From: Octopus sinensis
Lineage: Eukaryota
DNA: 64,000 bases
Reading direction: 5' to 3'
NCBI RefSeq assembly: GCF_006345805.1
Contig: NC_042998.1
Span: 196,788,001-196,852,000 of the forward strand
Positions 49,963-63,399 of this stretch are shown here, piece after piece. Within the stretch, counting starts at the first letter, position 1. Every line of letters starts with the position of its first letter. Made by a program: the position numbers and the translations under genes. Below the pieces are notes generated by a model. That model searched no databases. It saw only the letters and a program-made list of their open reading frames with translations, and had not been told where the DNA came from.

Positions 49963-50481
49963 ATGTGTTATCTTTCCATTGTTGAAATAAGTATGTGATG
50001 GACTGGCCTGATGATGTGATATGAAGTAATACACGTCGTTTGGGTAGTTACGGAGGTGGAGTGGTTTGTGTGTTTGGCGGGGTTGGAAACGTACTCAACG
50101 AAGACCGCAGCGGTGGAGGCGTTTACGAGTTGTGACAAAGGCAATGCTAGCAGTGATGTTAGTTTTCGATGTCGTGGTGTACCTCTGTCATAAATCAAGT
50201 GTTGAGTAAGTTGGACGGGTGGGTGAGGCTGTTTCGAGTATGTTTGAAGGGTTGGGGAAGATTTTTTATTGCGTTTAAAGAAAGGCCTATAAGGAGGAGC
50301 TGTAGACATAGGAGGTCAAAGGATAAATGAATAGCTGGCTAGGCGGGCTGTCTGTTAGATACACATGTTGAAAGGTAAGCGGATAGGTATACACAATCAC
50401 ACAGTTACTAGACGTGTGTGTGTGTGTGTGTTTTTGTGTGGTGTGCACAATCACACACACACACATATATATACATATATA

Positions 50482-50690
50482 TATTTCTTTACTACCCACA
50501 AGGGGCTAAACACATAGGGGACAAACAAGGGCAGACAAAGGGATTAAGTCGATTCCATCGGCCCCATTGCACAACTGGTACTTAATTTGTCGACCTCGGC
50601 GGAATTTGAACTCGGAACGTAACGACAGACGAAATACTGCTACGAATTTCGCCCGGCGTGCTAACGTTTCTACCAGCTCGCCGCCTGTAT
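50482..50690 (-). mobile_element. SINE D with a core deletion
   Basis: Lacks the segment between the two GTCGA motifs. Confidence 0.8.
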
Positions 50691-50701
50691 ATATATGTAT
50701 A

Positions 50702-51099
50702 CAAGCAGTATCGCCCGGTGTTGCTCGGGTTTGTAAGGGAAATAACTATATAAGCATTTTTAGAGAGTTATAGCCAAAAAATAACAAAAAATGCATTAAA
50801 AATGGAAAAAAAATTATAGTAAATTTTTTTTAAAAACCTTTGACTCATCGTAGACATTTTTAGAGAGTTACTTCCCTTATATAATAGCGAAAAAATGCAT
50901 TAAAAATACGGAAAAATGATGGTAAATTTTTTAAAATCGTAGACTCATCGTAGACGCGCGCTAATACCCAGAAGGGCTCGATATGAATCACGACTATAAG
51001 ATACCCGGTTTTGGTTAAACTGCACCGCAAAATGTGGGAGTAGTTAGGAATCTAAATCGTAGGAGACAGACACACAACCTTACTTTTATATATAAAGAT
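50702..51099 (-). mobile_element. Non-autonomous Helitron H1
   Basis: Reverse complement of 17848-18244; 3' end CTTG instead of CTAG. Confidence 0.85.
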
Positions 51100-51198
51100 A
51101 TATATATAAATATAAGGTAAATTGAAGACCAGACTGACATGGCGGTTCACAGAAAGCAGGAAGCAGAACATGACTCTAGGTATCTCAGCTATAACACG

Positions 51199-51398
51199 CC
51201 TACGCCGGACGAAATGCTTAGCGGTATTTCGTCTGTCGTTACGTTGTGAGTTCAAATTCCGCCGAGGTCGACTTTGCCTTTCATCCTTTCGGGGTCGATA
51301 AATTAAGTACCAGTACCAGTTATATAATCGACTTAATCCGTTTGTCTGTCCTTGTTTGTCCCCTCTGTGTTTAGCCCCTTGTGGGTAGTAAAGAAATA
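51199..51398 (+). mobile_element. SINE D, 5'-truncated
   Basis: D unit. Confidence 0.8.
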
Positions 51399-51564
51399 TA
51401 TATACAACTGCGACGTATAGTTATGGCTTATTTCGTAGGGGCCATAGAATTGCGTATTAAGATTACATAGGATTATGCACACCCATACATTACACACACA
51501 TGGCTATCTTTCGATAACCGTCTACGAAAAATGAAACTTTTCGGTAATTTCCATAAATCGTTTT

Positions 51565-51790
51565 TTCATTACCTCCGCCTTCGCTAATGCGGAGGTATTG
51601 TTTCCAGTCGTGTTTGTTTGTCCGTGGACAAGATATCTCAAGAACCACTGGATGGATTCGGATGAAACTTCCAGGGATGTTTGGCCTCGCGACTGGCATG
51701 AACTGATTAGATTTTGGAATCAATCCGATACCGGACAAGGATTCCTGTATTATTTGTTATATTTACTTTACATGAAGTATTGCGATCTTA
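51565..51790 (+). mobile_element. Helentron-associated (DINE-1/HINE-like) 5' part
   Basis: TCATTACCTCCGCC-TTCGCTAAT-GCGGAGGTA subterminal hairpin, then GTTTGTTTGTCCG..GATATCTCAAGAAC..GGATGAAACTT. Confidence 0.6.
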
Positions 51791-52039
51791 CGTTCACTTT
51801 CAAGACTTTCTCTGATTATCTCCCTTGAAAGCACACTTGTGGTTTCTACGTAAGTTATGGCAGCGTTGCTGTTTCCAAAGTTTTATTTTCGTTTCCCTAT
51901 TATTAATTTTACTCGCGTCTCTAAGTAGAAACTGATGGATAAAGAAATCAAACTACATAAACAAACAGCAGCAAAACTGATCAGAAATTAAATAACAATC
52001 CCCGACAATTTCCAGTTTTATCAATTTTGAATATATCGC

Positions 52040-52257
52040 TCCTTTTTAAAACCTCTTACCAGCTTGACAATTGCATTTCCAGCTCTTCTTGGACTCACGT
52101 TTTTGTGCGCAACGGTGTTGATAAACCTCCATTAACAGCACTATATGCAGGCCCTTTCCGTTTTCTTTCACGCACGGATAAATTTTTCACTATAGACCTT
52201 AATGGTCGTAAAGACACTATATAAGTAGATAGACTAAAAAAGGCCTTCATAGAAAGT
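52040..52257 (+). pseudogene. Gypsy LTR-retrotransposon integrase C-terminal fragment
   Basis: THVFVRNGVDKPPLTALYAGPFRFLSRTDKFFTIDLNGRKDTI*VDRLKKAF matches the YxGPY..R..K...V.IDRLK motif. Confidence 0.75.
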
Positions 52258-52261
52258 CAAC

Positions 52262-54280
52262 CAGTTACGCTGCAGTGACTGGGAAAAGTCTAACGGCAGA
52301 TATCCTGCAAGTAAGAGAAATTCGACTGAACGACACAAATTTTAAGAAATATAATGAATTGTTACGAAAGGAGGGAGGGAGCCTGAGGCTGACGCCGCCC
52401 AAGGAAATTATGGAAAAAACAGAAAAAGGACAGTAATATACAGAACATTGTCTATCGCTACAAAAATAGTTGAAATGCTTGAAAGAAACCAAAAGCCTAA
52501 CTACGTATTACACCAGAGGCAAGAAATATGGCACAGTGGAGGTACGTTTCGCGAGTGAAAAAGAAGCGATAAAATACTCCACGGTGCCTTTGAGATCAAC
52601 TGAGTGGGTACTATTACCAACCTACTGTGGCAAACGTGCGGCCAGATGGGGATTGGTAGAGTGCCCCCAGAAGCTGGTGGCAGCCATCCTCTATAATACA
52701 GAAGAGGAAACCAAAATACTTAAAATCACAAGAACTACGGAGGTAAACTGCTGGGGATACGGCCTTGAGGTGACGGCCCACATCAGTTTACCAGACCTCC
52801 ACAAAATTTCAGAGGAATTAGTGTTACCGGACGAGACGGAGCTAAGAGTTGTAGTGGAGGGAAGACCTTTCATAGGCTTTCAGTGTGGAGTACGGGGACA
52901 CATGAAAGCTAAGTGTCCCCCCAAAACACGAAGAGGAGGTGACGGAGATGGAACAGCAAGGAGGGATACGGGTGCAAGGCGTAGAGGAGCAGAGGCCAGT
53001 GGAAAATATGGAAGAAAGATACACAGTGGTGAAGAGGAAGAAAAGACAAGAAAACGTGGACTCATCGCCAAAGGGTCCCATGAAGAAAAGAAAAGGAAGT
53101 GTAGAGGAGAGACAAAGGTTACCAAAAGGAGGAAAAGCGAACGAGCAGAAAAGAAACGAGATGTCGGCAAAATTAAGCGAGAAAGACGAAGAGAGAAAAC
53201 AGAGAGCGATACCAGTAATTAGCACGGAGGAGAAAGTAAAAGGACAGGAAAAAAGGATAGAAGAGAAATGACAGCAACATCGAGTGAGAGACAAGCAGAG
53301 AAGGAAGAGATGGAAACACCAGCAAGAGCGTGGAAGCGCAATGGCCCAATGGTTAGGGCAGCGGACTCGCGGTCGGAGGATCGCGGTTTCGATTCCCAGA
53401 CCAGGCGTTGTGTGTGTTTATTGAGCAAAAACACCTAAAGCTCCATGAGGCTCCGGCAGGGGGTGGTGGCGACCCCTGTTGTACTCTTTCGCTCCAACTT
53501 TCTCTCACTCTTTCTTCCTGTTTCTTGTCCCCGACTTCCTACGCAACCGCTGAGCCTGGATGCACATTCATCCATCCGTCGATGCTCTCGGTGTCGGGGG
53601 TAGACCTGCTTTCTCTTCTGCGGGTCTTACGAATAGCAAAGGACCACGTTTCGGACTTCTCCCATCTTGCGAGTTCTTGGACGAAGACCGTTCGCTCAAC
53701 AGCAACCAGCAACATCAGAAGAGATTAGTGATGGAAATCAGAAACTAACACTGACGGAAAAACAATTAAGAAAAATGATACAGTACAGAAAAAAATGTGG
53801 AGATTGAAAAAAAGGATCACGAAAATGAAAAATGTAATCAGGGTGAAGTTAGCGCCTAAACCGTGCAATGAAGGATTTAAAGCTGTCTTGCTTGTAAAAG
53901 AGAAAGGTGAAAGGTTGAAGGAACTATTCAGGGAAATGATAAAGATATCACCGTTACAGTTTCGATTCAATGAGTTGCCACTGGTGGTGGTGGTATTTGA
54001 GGACAAGTGGAATATCTAATATAAAGGAAAGTTAGTGAAATATTTAAAATTTTGAAATAAGGACTTTTTTTTTAAAATGAGGGAAAAAAGAATAATGAAC
54101 TGTGGGATACATAAACAGTGAAATGGAACTGCCTTCTTGGTGGGGGAGGGCAGGTAAGTCATTTCACCTCATTTATTCGTGATTTCATCCGTTATATGTT
54201 TTGTGTATCCCACTGTATTGTTTTGTCTGTCGTTGTATTGTCCCATCTTTATAAGAGGCCCTGTGCTTAATAAAAGAAAC
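52262..54280 (+). mobile_element. ORF1/gag-only retroelement (HAL1-like), decayed, with a B2 insertion
   Basis: YAAVTGK start, RRM-like GTVEVRFASEKEA, CCHC-like FQCGVRGHMKAKC, K/E-rich tail, 3' UTR ending AATAAAAGAA; no RT or EN motifs. Confidence 0.6.
53332..53704 (+). mobile_element. SINE B2
   Basis: TSD ACCAGCAA at 53318-53325 and 53705-53712; removing it restores EEMETPATSEEISDGNQK. Confidence 0.9.
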
Positions 54281-54824
54281 CAGGACGTTGGTGTTGCCTT
54301 GAACTAAATAAATGTTGATCTGGAACTAAATAAAAAGCAAAAATTGCAATAGATGCATATTCCTTTATCGGTTTCAGTTACTGTATTGTGTCTGTGGCGA
54401 GTTTAATTTGGGTGGTGGACTTAATTCCCCACCCAGTTTATCACCAACCATCTGGTCCTTAAGTACCTTCAACGAAATTCTCTCAGTTGCAAGATAAACT
54501 CTATGTTACTCTCTTTCATCGACCAGTCTTGAGAATCAATATTTTAGCTAGGAAAAGAAAGATGCTGTCATTTTCTTGGCGAAAGTGTTAAATGCTATGA
54601 TTTCTTACGTATCAATCCCTGTACTTATTGATCTCTGAAGGTCGACCTCAACACGCTTTAATTCATTAAAGTATAAACATTTTTCATTTTACTGTTAATT
54701 ACAGCCAATAATTACTTCGTCTTGTATAATGTTCTGTGTCCAGTTTCTTGGGACACGGCAGTTATTGAACTGAGAATGAAAAGGATTGTAATCAATCAAA
54801 GGATTCTAATCAATCAAATATCTG

Positions 54825-55052
54825 TTTCTTTATTGCCCAGAAGGGGCTAAACACGGCGGGGACAAATAAGGACAGACAAACGGATTAAGTCGATTACATC
54901 GACCCCAGTGCGTAACTGGTACTTAATTTATCGACCACGAAAGGATGAAAGGCAAGGTCGGCCTCGGCGGAATTTGAACTCAGAACGCAACGGCAGACGC
55001 AATACCGCCAAGCATTTCGCCCGGTATGCTAACGTTTCTGCCAGCTCGCCGT
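54825..55052 (-). mobile_element. SINE D monomer
   Basis: TSD CAATCAAATATCT. Confidence 0.88.
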
Positions 55053-55226
55053 CTTCAATCAAATATCTACTGAGTTTACATTCAGCACGCCGTTAAAAAA
55101 AAATCTATCAAAACTGAGATTTGAACTCACGTCCACATTCGTGGATCAGAATAGTTCTATTTGTTAGACTTAGATTGGTGCCTTACACCCCTCGACAATT
55201 CTAACTGCTCCTCTTTCTTTCTCTCT

Positions 55227-55260
<34 letters not shown>

Positions 55261-55292
55261 CCTCCCCTCCGTCTCTTACTTTCTTCCCTAGT

Positions 55293-55661
55293 GGAGGCGC
55301 AATGGCCCAGTGGTTAGGGTAGCGGACTCGCGGTTTCGATTCCCAGACCCGGCGTTGTGAGTGTTTATTGAGCGAAAACACCTAAAGCTCCACGAGGCTC
55401 CGGCAGGGGATGGTGGTGATCCCTGCTGTACTCTTTCGCCACAACTTTCTCTCACTCTTACTTCCTGTTTCTGTTGTACCAGCATTTCAAGGGGCCGGCC
55501 TTGTCACTCTCTGTGTCACGCTGAATATCTCCGAGAACTACGTTAAGGGTACACGTGTCTGTGGAGTGCTCAGCCACTTACACGTTAACTTCACGAGCAG
55601 GCTGTTCCGTTGATTCGGATCAACCGGAACCCTCGTCGTCGTAACCGACGGAGTGCTTCCA
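55293..55661 (+). mobile_element. SINE B1
   Basis: Full copy with a small head deletion. Confidence 0.88.
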
Positions 55662-55855
55662 CTTTCTCCCCCCTCCCTCTCTGTGAATATATATTTATAT
55701 ACCACCAGCACCACAGCAACTGCAAACACTTCATTATAATAACTATACCACTACCACCGTGGTTATAACCACCGACACAGTTCAACAGCAAACACTTCTC
55801 CAATGCCACTGCAACAACCATCAATCACCATTGTAAACACCATTAACCACGTTTC

Positions 55856-55887
<32 letters not shown>

Positions 55888-55930
55888 GCTACTACTACTA
55901 CTACTACTACTACTACTGATGCTGCTGCTG

Positions 55931-55967
<37 letters not shown>

Positions 55968-56806
55968 AACAACAAATCTTGCTGTAATTAATACGCCATC
56001 ACCACCACTACTAAGACCACCACAACACTACCATCACGAGTAGTCCGGCCATCCCCTTCACTACAAAACCTATCACCAGAATTTCAACAACCAACACCAG
56101 TAACACCACACCGTCACCTTCGTCCACTCCTACATCCCCAACAATCAACATACAAGTTAGTCAACAAACACAACCACTTCACCGTTATGCGACATTGTAA
56201 AAAATCTCATTAGTTGCGGCCGTTTTCAACTAGTGAGAGAACGGCATGGATAAATAAGGCAATCAGATTTGGGACAAGTTTAAATATAACACTTATTTTT
56301 AATTAGTCCTTTAAACCGAATCTCTTTTAACTATTGTTATTTTTAAGGTAACCTCCTGCATCACACGTGTAGTTGAGGAATTTTTTATAGTTTTGTTCGT
56401 TAATTATTCTTAAATATTCGCCCCCCTTTTCTTCTTGCTTTGGTGTATCTCCTTATCTAAATATGGTGACAGCTTGTATTGAGTCGTGTTACCCCACCTC
56501 CTATCTCCACATGGCGAGTAGCAGTCTTATAGTTTCTTCGCCACGCTGGATGGAAAGTAATATTATTCTACAAGGTAGTAAAAAATATACTTAAACACTT
56601 AGACACAAGAATAATGACGAGGATTATCGTTGTTGATATGTTTTTGTATGTAATCAAGTACTCCATAAATCTCATTTAACCTAGTTTCATGATGGGGTTT
56701 CGGTTGATATTTGCGATCTTCAGAATATCCATGAGCTTCTGAAGATTTTTCTGAAACACTAATACACATTCATTGAATTCGTTACCACCTTTCCACAAAT
56801 ACATGT

Positions 56807-56847
<41 letters not shown>

Positions 56848-57768
56848 TCTCTCTCTTTCACCCGCACATATACAAACAATGACACCCATACACATGTATG
56901 TATACTTGGAAGTGGATGCCTGGCGTTCAATCAAATAATAATATAATAATATATATATATACATCACATGCATATATGGGTATAGGACGTCACCAACAGT
57001 AAACAACATGAAATACGAAAACAAATGAGTTCAATACGCAAACAATGGGAGAAACAAATGGATACCTCGAACATGAAGGCACTCTCTTTTGTGACACACC
57101 TCTTCCATACCTTTTTTTTGCCTAGAGTTGACCAATATCTAGTACCTCTTTTTGGCTCGCAATTCTAGCAAAAGATGCAATGTCACTGGCGACGGTGGTG
57201 GTGTTATTGTCATTTAAAATTTGTGTTTCAGCTACTTTTTTCTTTCCTACTTCTGAAATAGTAATTCTTCCTGCTTCGAAGTGTCTGTTTGTTTAATAAT
57301 TTTAATGTTCCCATGTCTACAATTCTTTTTAGGGAGAGAGAAAGAAAGAGAGAGAGAAGTGTATTCACCACTTCCATCACAGTGGCAAACACTTTTTATT
57401 GCAACTATAGCTGTGGTTATATTGAACATGTAATAAACTAAGCAAAATTAGTGCATAAGAAAGATCAATTTGGACAACCAAACAGATTGAACTATTCTAT
57501 AGACTCATATGAATTAACTACTCTTTAGTTCTATTATTAACTATTATTTTGTCCATTGATTCACCATATTGCTGGTCAGTGGATACGAACTGTCAACACC
57601 TCTCTCCATCTCGACGACCTGAGTCCTATATCGAGTGATTACGTTGTCTTGGTAATGGAAGCGACTAAACCTATACATTCATTATAGATTGAAAACACCT
57701 GTTGAGCATTACTCATACCTGCACGCATACAGTCACACACACGCGCAGATCAAGTGAACACGCACGAT

Positions 57769-58486
<718 letters not shown>

Positions 58487-59488
58487 TATAGGATGAAGTC
58501 CTTACTCTACAGCAAAGGAAATCATCAGGAAGCGTGGGCAGTATATTTAAAAAAACCGTTACGGTTGCAATATACATCATATAATTAAGGGCTAAAGAGG
58601 GTTATTCTAAAGCCAAATACACTGTTTTATCCACTTATAATCCGCTTGCTACAGGAAAATTGAAACTGAAAACGGGCAACTAACCTTTAGAAAATTTAAA
58701 TTTCGTTATCTCTATATTGAATCAATTTCGGACTTAATCTTATAAAAAAAGATATATTCCTTCTTCAGTAGAAATTTCGATGGGATATAAATAAAATACT
58801 CACGTATGATCATGGAAAAAGCACAAGCTAAAAACATAACTACACTTGAGTACATCATTTATATCTAAAAATAAAAATTCTTTGGTCAGCCTCAGAAAAA
58901 CAACGTCCAGACCTTTCGCCGCTACAAATTGTAATGGTTACCAGTCCTCCTGTAGCAAGCATCGAGTTTACTACTAAGCAATATAGGATGAAGTCCCTTA
59001 CTCTACAGCAAAGGAAATCATCAGGAAGCGTGGGCAGTATATTTAAAAAAAACCGTTACGGTTGCAATATACATCATATAATTAAGGGCTAAAGAGGGTT
59101 ATTCTAAAGCCAAATACACTGTTTTATCCACTTATAATCCGCTTGCTACAGGAAAATTGAAACTGAAAACGGGCAACTAACCTTTAGAAAATTTAAATTT
59201 CGTTATCTCTATATTGAATCAATTTCGGACTTAATCTTATAAAAAAAGATATATTCCTTCTTCAGTAGAAATTTCGATGGGATATAAATAAAATACTCAC
59301 GTATGATCATGGAAAAAGCACAAGCTAAAAACATAACTACACTTGAGTACATCATTTATATCTAAAAATAAAAATTCTTTGGTCAGCCTCAGAAAACAAG
59401 GTCAGCCTCCTGTAGCAAGCGGATTATAAGTGGATAAAACAGTGTATTTGGCTTTAGAATAACCCTCTTTAGCCCTTAATTATATGAT
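58487..59488. repeat. 495-bp-period tandem duplication containing a MITE with 81-bp TIRs
   Basis: 58487-58906 repeated at 58982-59399; TIR at 59073-59153 inverted at 59408-59488. Confidence 0.85.
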
Positions 59489-59975
59489 ATATATATATAC
59501 ATATATATATGTATGTATGTATGTATTACATGCGCTATATAAGCATGTCAAGTTTTCGATATAAATCAGTATCAAATGCTACATTACTTATAGTAACAAT
59601 TTTTCACTCGCACACACACACACAGAGACACGAACTCGAGATATCTGTAAGACTTATGTCCATATTTATGCGTGTGCGTATAACTAACTAATAATGTAAA
59701 CCGTTTGATTGGAGCAGGAAATATACATATAGTTATACACGCACACATACACTCATAAATATATTCTTTTTGTATAAATTCAAGTAGGTATACAATCTTG
59801 AGGAATTAGGCTTCTCAAGACCAGAAAGGTGAAAGCTAATTCAAAGACTACAGATCTAATCCATCACTGGAACTGTAAAAATCTGTAAAACTTTATCATT
59901 TAAATATATATGAGCATGTCTACATGTGTAACTATATGCATGATAATACACACACAGAGACACGCACGCACGCAC

Positions 59976-60026
<51 letters not shown>

Positions 60027-60244
60027 TACATACATACATACATATATACATACAAAAATACCCTGTTGTTGATGTTGAATTTCCAATGAAGGAGTCTTGG
60101 ATCTAGGTTAGAAACCGGTTCTTTCTCTATTGACAAGAAATCTTGAAATAAACTGAATAATGACATACATACATACATACATGCATGCATGCATGCATGC
60201 ATGCATGCATACATACATACATAGATACATACATACATATTCAA

Positions 60245-60445
60245 AATGTGACCGCGTGTGTATCGTTGGCGATTTTTTCCCTCCGTCTTCCCTTCCTTGG
60301 ACCTTTCCTTTTCCTATGTTTCTGACGAAGAGCTCCGCTCGAAACGTTAAATCCTCGTTCTTTCTTTCCTTTCCTGAGCGTCCAATAACACTATACTTGT
60401 TCCTCGTCCTCGCGTTGTTATGTTTTCTCTTTGTGTTTTCATGTT
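60245..60445 (+). mobile_element. Penelope-like terminal fragment, second family
   Basis: Contains a hammerhead core; sits between microsatellites. Confidence 0.6.
60318..60352 (+). ncRNA. Minimal type I hammerhead ribozyme with an intact catalytic core
   Basis: GTTT-CTGACGA-A-GAGC(TCC)GCTC-GAAA-CGTT-AAAT: CUGANGA and GAAA boxes, 4-bp stem II, palindromic ACGT stem III. Confidence 0.6.
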
Positions 60446-60794
60446 TGGATTAACTTTACACACACACACACAGTTAGAAAGATGTGATATGAGAGAGCTT
60501 TAGTTGCTATTTCTAGCCACGCCTAGATACCTCTTCATTGATCCATAGTAACAGTGATAGCAGTGTGATTGTGAAAGTGTCACGTTGAAGCCAGGTATCT
60601 CGTCATGCTTGTGTCACTCGTATTATACCTGATAAGATTCAAGTTAAGACATCTAAACTACGCAGTGATCAATGGTGCGTGGAAGACAGCTGCCATACAG
60701 TGTATGAAATAGATGTCACGTGTACACGCGCGCGCCCACGCTCACACACACATACACATACCACACACACACACCATATCTATATGTATATCTA

Positions 60795-60825
<31 letters not shown>

Positions 60826-60856
60826 GTCTGTCTGTCTGTCTGTCTGTCCATCCATC

Positions 60857-60926
<70 letters not shown>

Positions 60927-60930
60927 ATCT

Positions 60931-60988
<58 letters not shown>

Positions 60989-60991
<3 letters not shown>

Positions 60992-61236
60992 AGGCGCGTG
61001 GCTTAGTGGTTAGGGTGTCAGCACCATGATCGTAAGATTGTGGTTTCGATTCCTGGACCGGGCGACGCGTTGTGTTCTTGAGCAAAACACTTCATTTCAC
61101 GTTGCTACAGTCCACTCAGCTGGCAAAAATAAGTAACGCTGCGATGGACTGGCGTCCCATCCACCTGGGGGACACATACGCCGTTGAAACCGGGAAACCG
61201 GGCCCATGAGCCTGGCTAGGCTTTAAAAGGGCGCAT
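60989..61236 (+). mobile_element. SINE with C head and a V-like tail
   Basis: C head, then GCTGCGATGGACTGGCGTCCCATCCA..GAAACCGGGAAACCGGGCCCATGAGCC. Confidence 0.75.
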
Positions 61237-61404
61237 GATGTGAAGCCAAACTGATATTTTGAAATCATTTAGTACGTACGTTTCAGGTTTTTGACTAGAA
61301 TGAAATTTTTTGTACCTTACACCACTACTTAGCGTAACACGAAATAATGTATGTGTGAGCGAGCGTGCGTACACATACATATATCTATGTATGCATATAT
61401 ATCA

Positions 61405-61713
61405 TGATGTGACCACCACCACGTGACCGACCAGACCATCAGATGTTGTTACACATCGCTGGTCACAATGCGTTCGCATTTTTTAGCCTTCGAATGACGC
61501 CACCCCGCTGGCTAAGCGAGCAGGCCAACAGAAGAAAGAGTGGGAGAAAGAGTGGTGAAAGAGTACAGCAGGGATCACCACCCCCTGCCGGAGCCTCGTG
61601 GAGCTTTTTAGGTGTTTTCGCTCAATAAACACTCACAACGCCCGGTCTGGGAATCGAAACCGCGATCCTGCGACCGCGAGTCCGCTGCCCTAACCACTAG
61701 GCCATTGTGCCTC
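61405..61713 (-). mobile_element. SINE B3 (B head + module E tail)
   Basis: B head switches to TTGGCCTGCTCGCTTAGCC at the usual pyrimidine-rich breakpoint. Confidence 0.8.
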
Positions 61714-62059
61714 CACATATACATATATAGGAAATTGAAAATTCATACTTTGTTATTACCCAGTTTTATGGTTCCGATCTTCAAGCGGTTATGAAAAACG
61801 GAACATAATAATAATAATATATACTAGATATTAAAGTGAAGCTGTTTGAGTACTGTAAAAAGCAACAAGTACTGATTTGATAAAACAGAGCAAAAGGACA
61901 CGCACACACACACACACACACATCCATCCATACATACATTCACATACACGTACACAAACACACGCTCGTGCAAACAATATCTTCTATAATCTTCTCATTA
62001 ATTATGATGCAATGGCCTGAACAATCCGGAACAGAATAAGAGGACGGAAATGACCAACA

Positions 62060-62460
62060 GACAATGTTCGTTATATTGAGACTCCAAAGAATATTAGTGG
62101 AACTTAGAAATTAAAACAACGTCCAAGCGAAAACACAACTGGCCTGATATTGACCATAAGAAAAGATATGCTTTGTTGAGAAAATTAGCTCCTGGACACC
62201 AGTGTGGTTAGAAAAATAGAAGAGAAAGAAACGTCTGTGGACCATTAATACAGAGTTTGCAAATCTAGTATCTTGGAGACACTTAGTTTTGTATCTGTTA
62301 TTATTGCAGCAACAGGATACGTACCAACTCGCTTGGTGCAACGTATGGCTGAACTTCGGCTCTAGGGGCAAATAGTACAACTCCTTAATTCATATGCAAC
62401 AAATAATCACGATATCCGGGGCAATAAGAATTTGCAAGAACTTTTGGAGATTTAATGGGT
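62060..62460 (+). pseudogene. Second R4/Dong-like RLE LINE C-terminus, decayed
   Basis: Y*WNLEIKTTSKRKHNWPDI..KIEEKE..SVIIAATGYVPTRL. Confidence 0.65.
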
Positions 62461-62559
62461 GATTTACAAAACAGAAGGCTTTCCTTCCCGACATTGGTAT
62501 CAAGCAAGCAGTCGGTCAAAATTAACTCTAAATTATAGTGAATAAAAGTATGCATGCAT

Positions 62560-63150
62560 GCATGATGGCTGCCCCCTCGTTATCGAGTATGGCCATTGCA
62601 CAAAGCTTAACTGTTACTGGTGCTGTGATCGAATGTGACTTTTTAGCCCGGCTAAAGATCTACAATATCTTGTACAGAATTGGCAGCTAAAACCTTTACC
62701 GGCAATAGCCGGCTGTAGTTGTAACTGGGCTTCATGTACCTTCGCATGTCGTTTAAGTCCTCGCTGCCGAATTACACTCTCTTCCACATGCCTGACAGAT
62801 ATGATTAGTATGATGTGTAACACCACCACCAGTGGCCAGGTTGTCACTCATCTGTCTCGCTTTATGACTACGAAGATGACTCTTGAGTCCAGCTTTACTG
62901 AGGCAGGGTCTTGCACAGACACTGCATGTCAGCATCATAGGAAGACCCTTCCCATTTGGAAGTGTAACAGCGATGCCCTTCCTAACATCCCTCCTTACTC
63001 TCTCATGCGCAACTCGACATTTCTCAAAAGTAGCTGTCCCCTCGTGCACAATCCTTCTCCACCCGCTACGATCAATAGCCATGCCCTCCCATGTGTCAGG
63101 AGAGATGCCAGCATCTCTTAAGGAAGCCTTCAGCAAGTTGTTATACCTCT
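62560..63150 (-). mobile_element. 5'-truncated RTE LINE with three C-terminal C2H2-like fingers
   Basis: LKASLRDAGISPDTWEGMAIDRSGWRR..; flanked by TAAATTATAGTGAATAAAAGTATGCATGCAT at 62529-62559 and 63151-63181. Confidence 0.88.
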
Positions 63151-63399
63151 TAAATTATAGTGAATAAAAGTATGCATGCATACATACATACATACATACA
63201 TACATACATACATACATACATACATACATACATACATACATACATAAATTGTATATATAACTGAGTAAATAGAAAACAGCCTATCTTGCGGTCTTATAAT
63301 TAACAGCCTTATAATTAACGCAGATACTGTTCTAGTTTGATCATTTTTATTAAGGATTTTTCATATTTCCTTATTAACACTTTATTTTTTTTTCTAGTT

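Noticed and set aside
53408-53728. Recurrent ORFs such as LLSLLRVLRIAKDHVSDF and MRNWYLIYRPRKDERQ
   Set aside because: Incidental frames within SINE B and D consensus sequences
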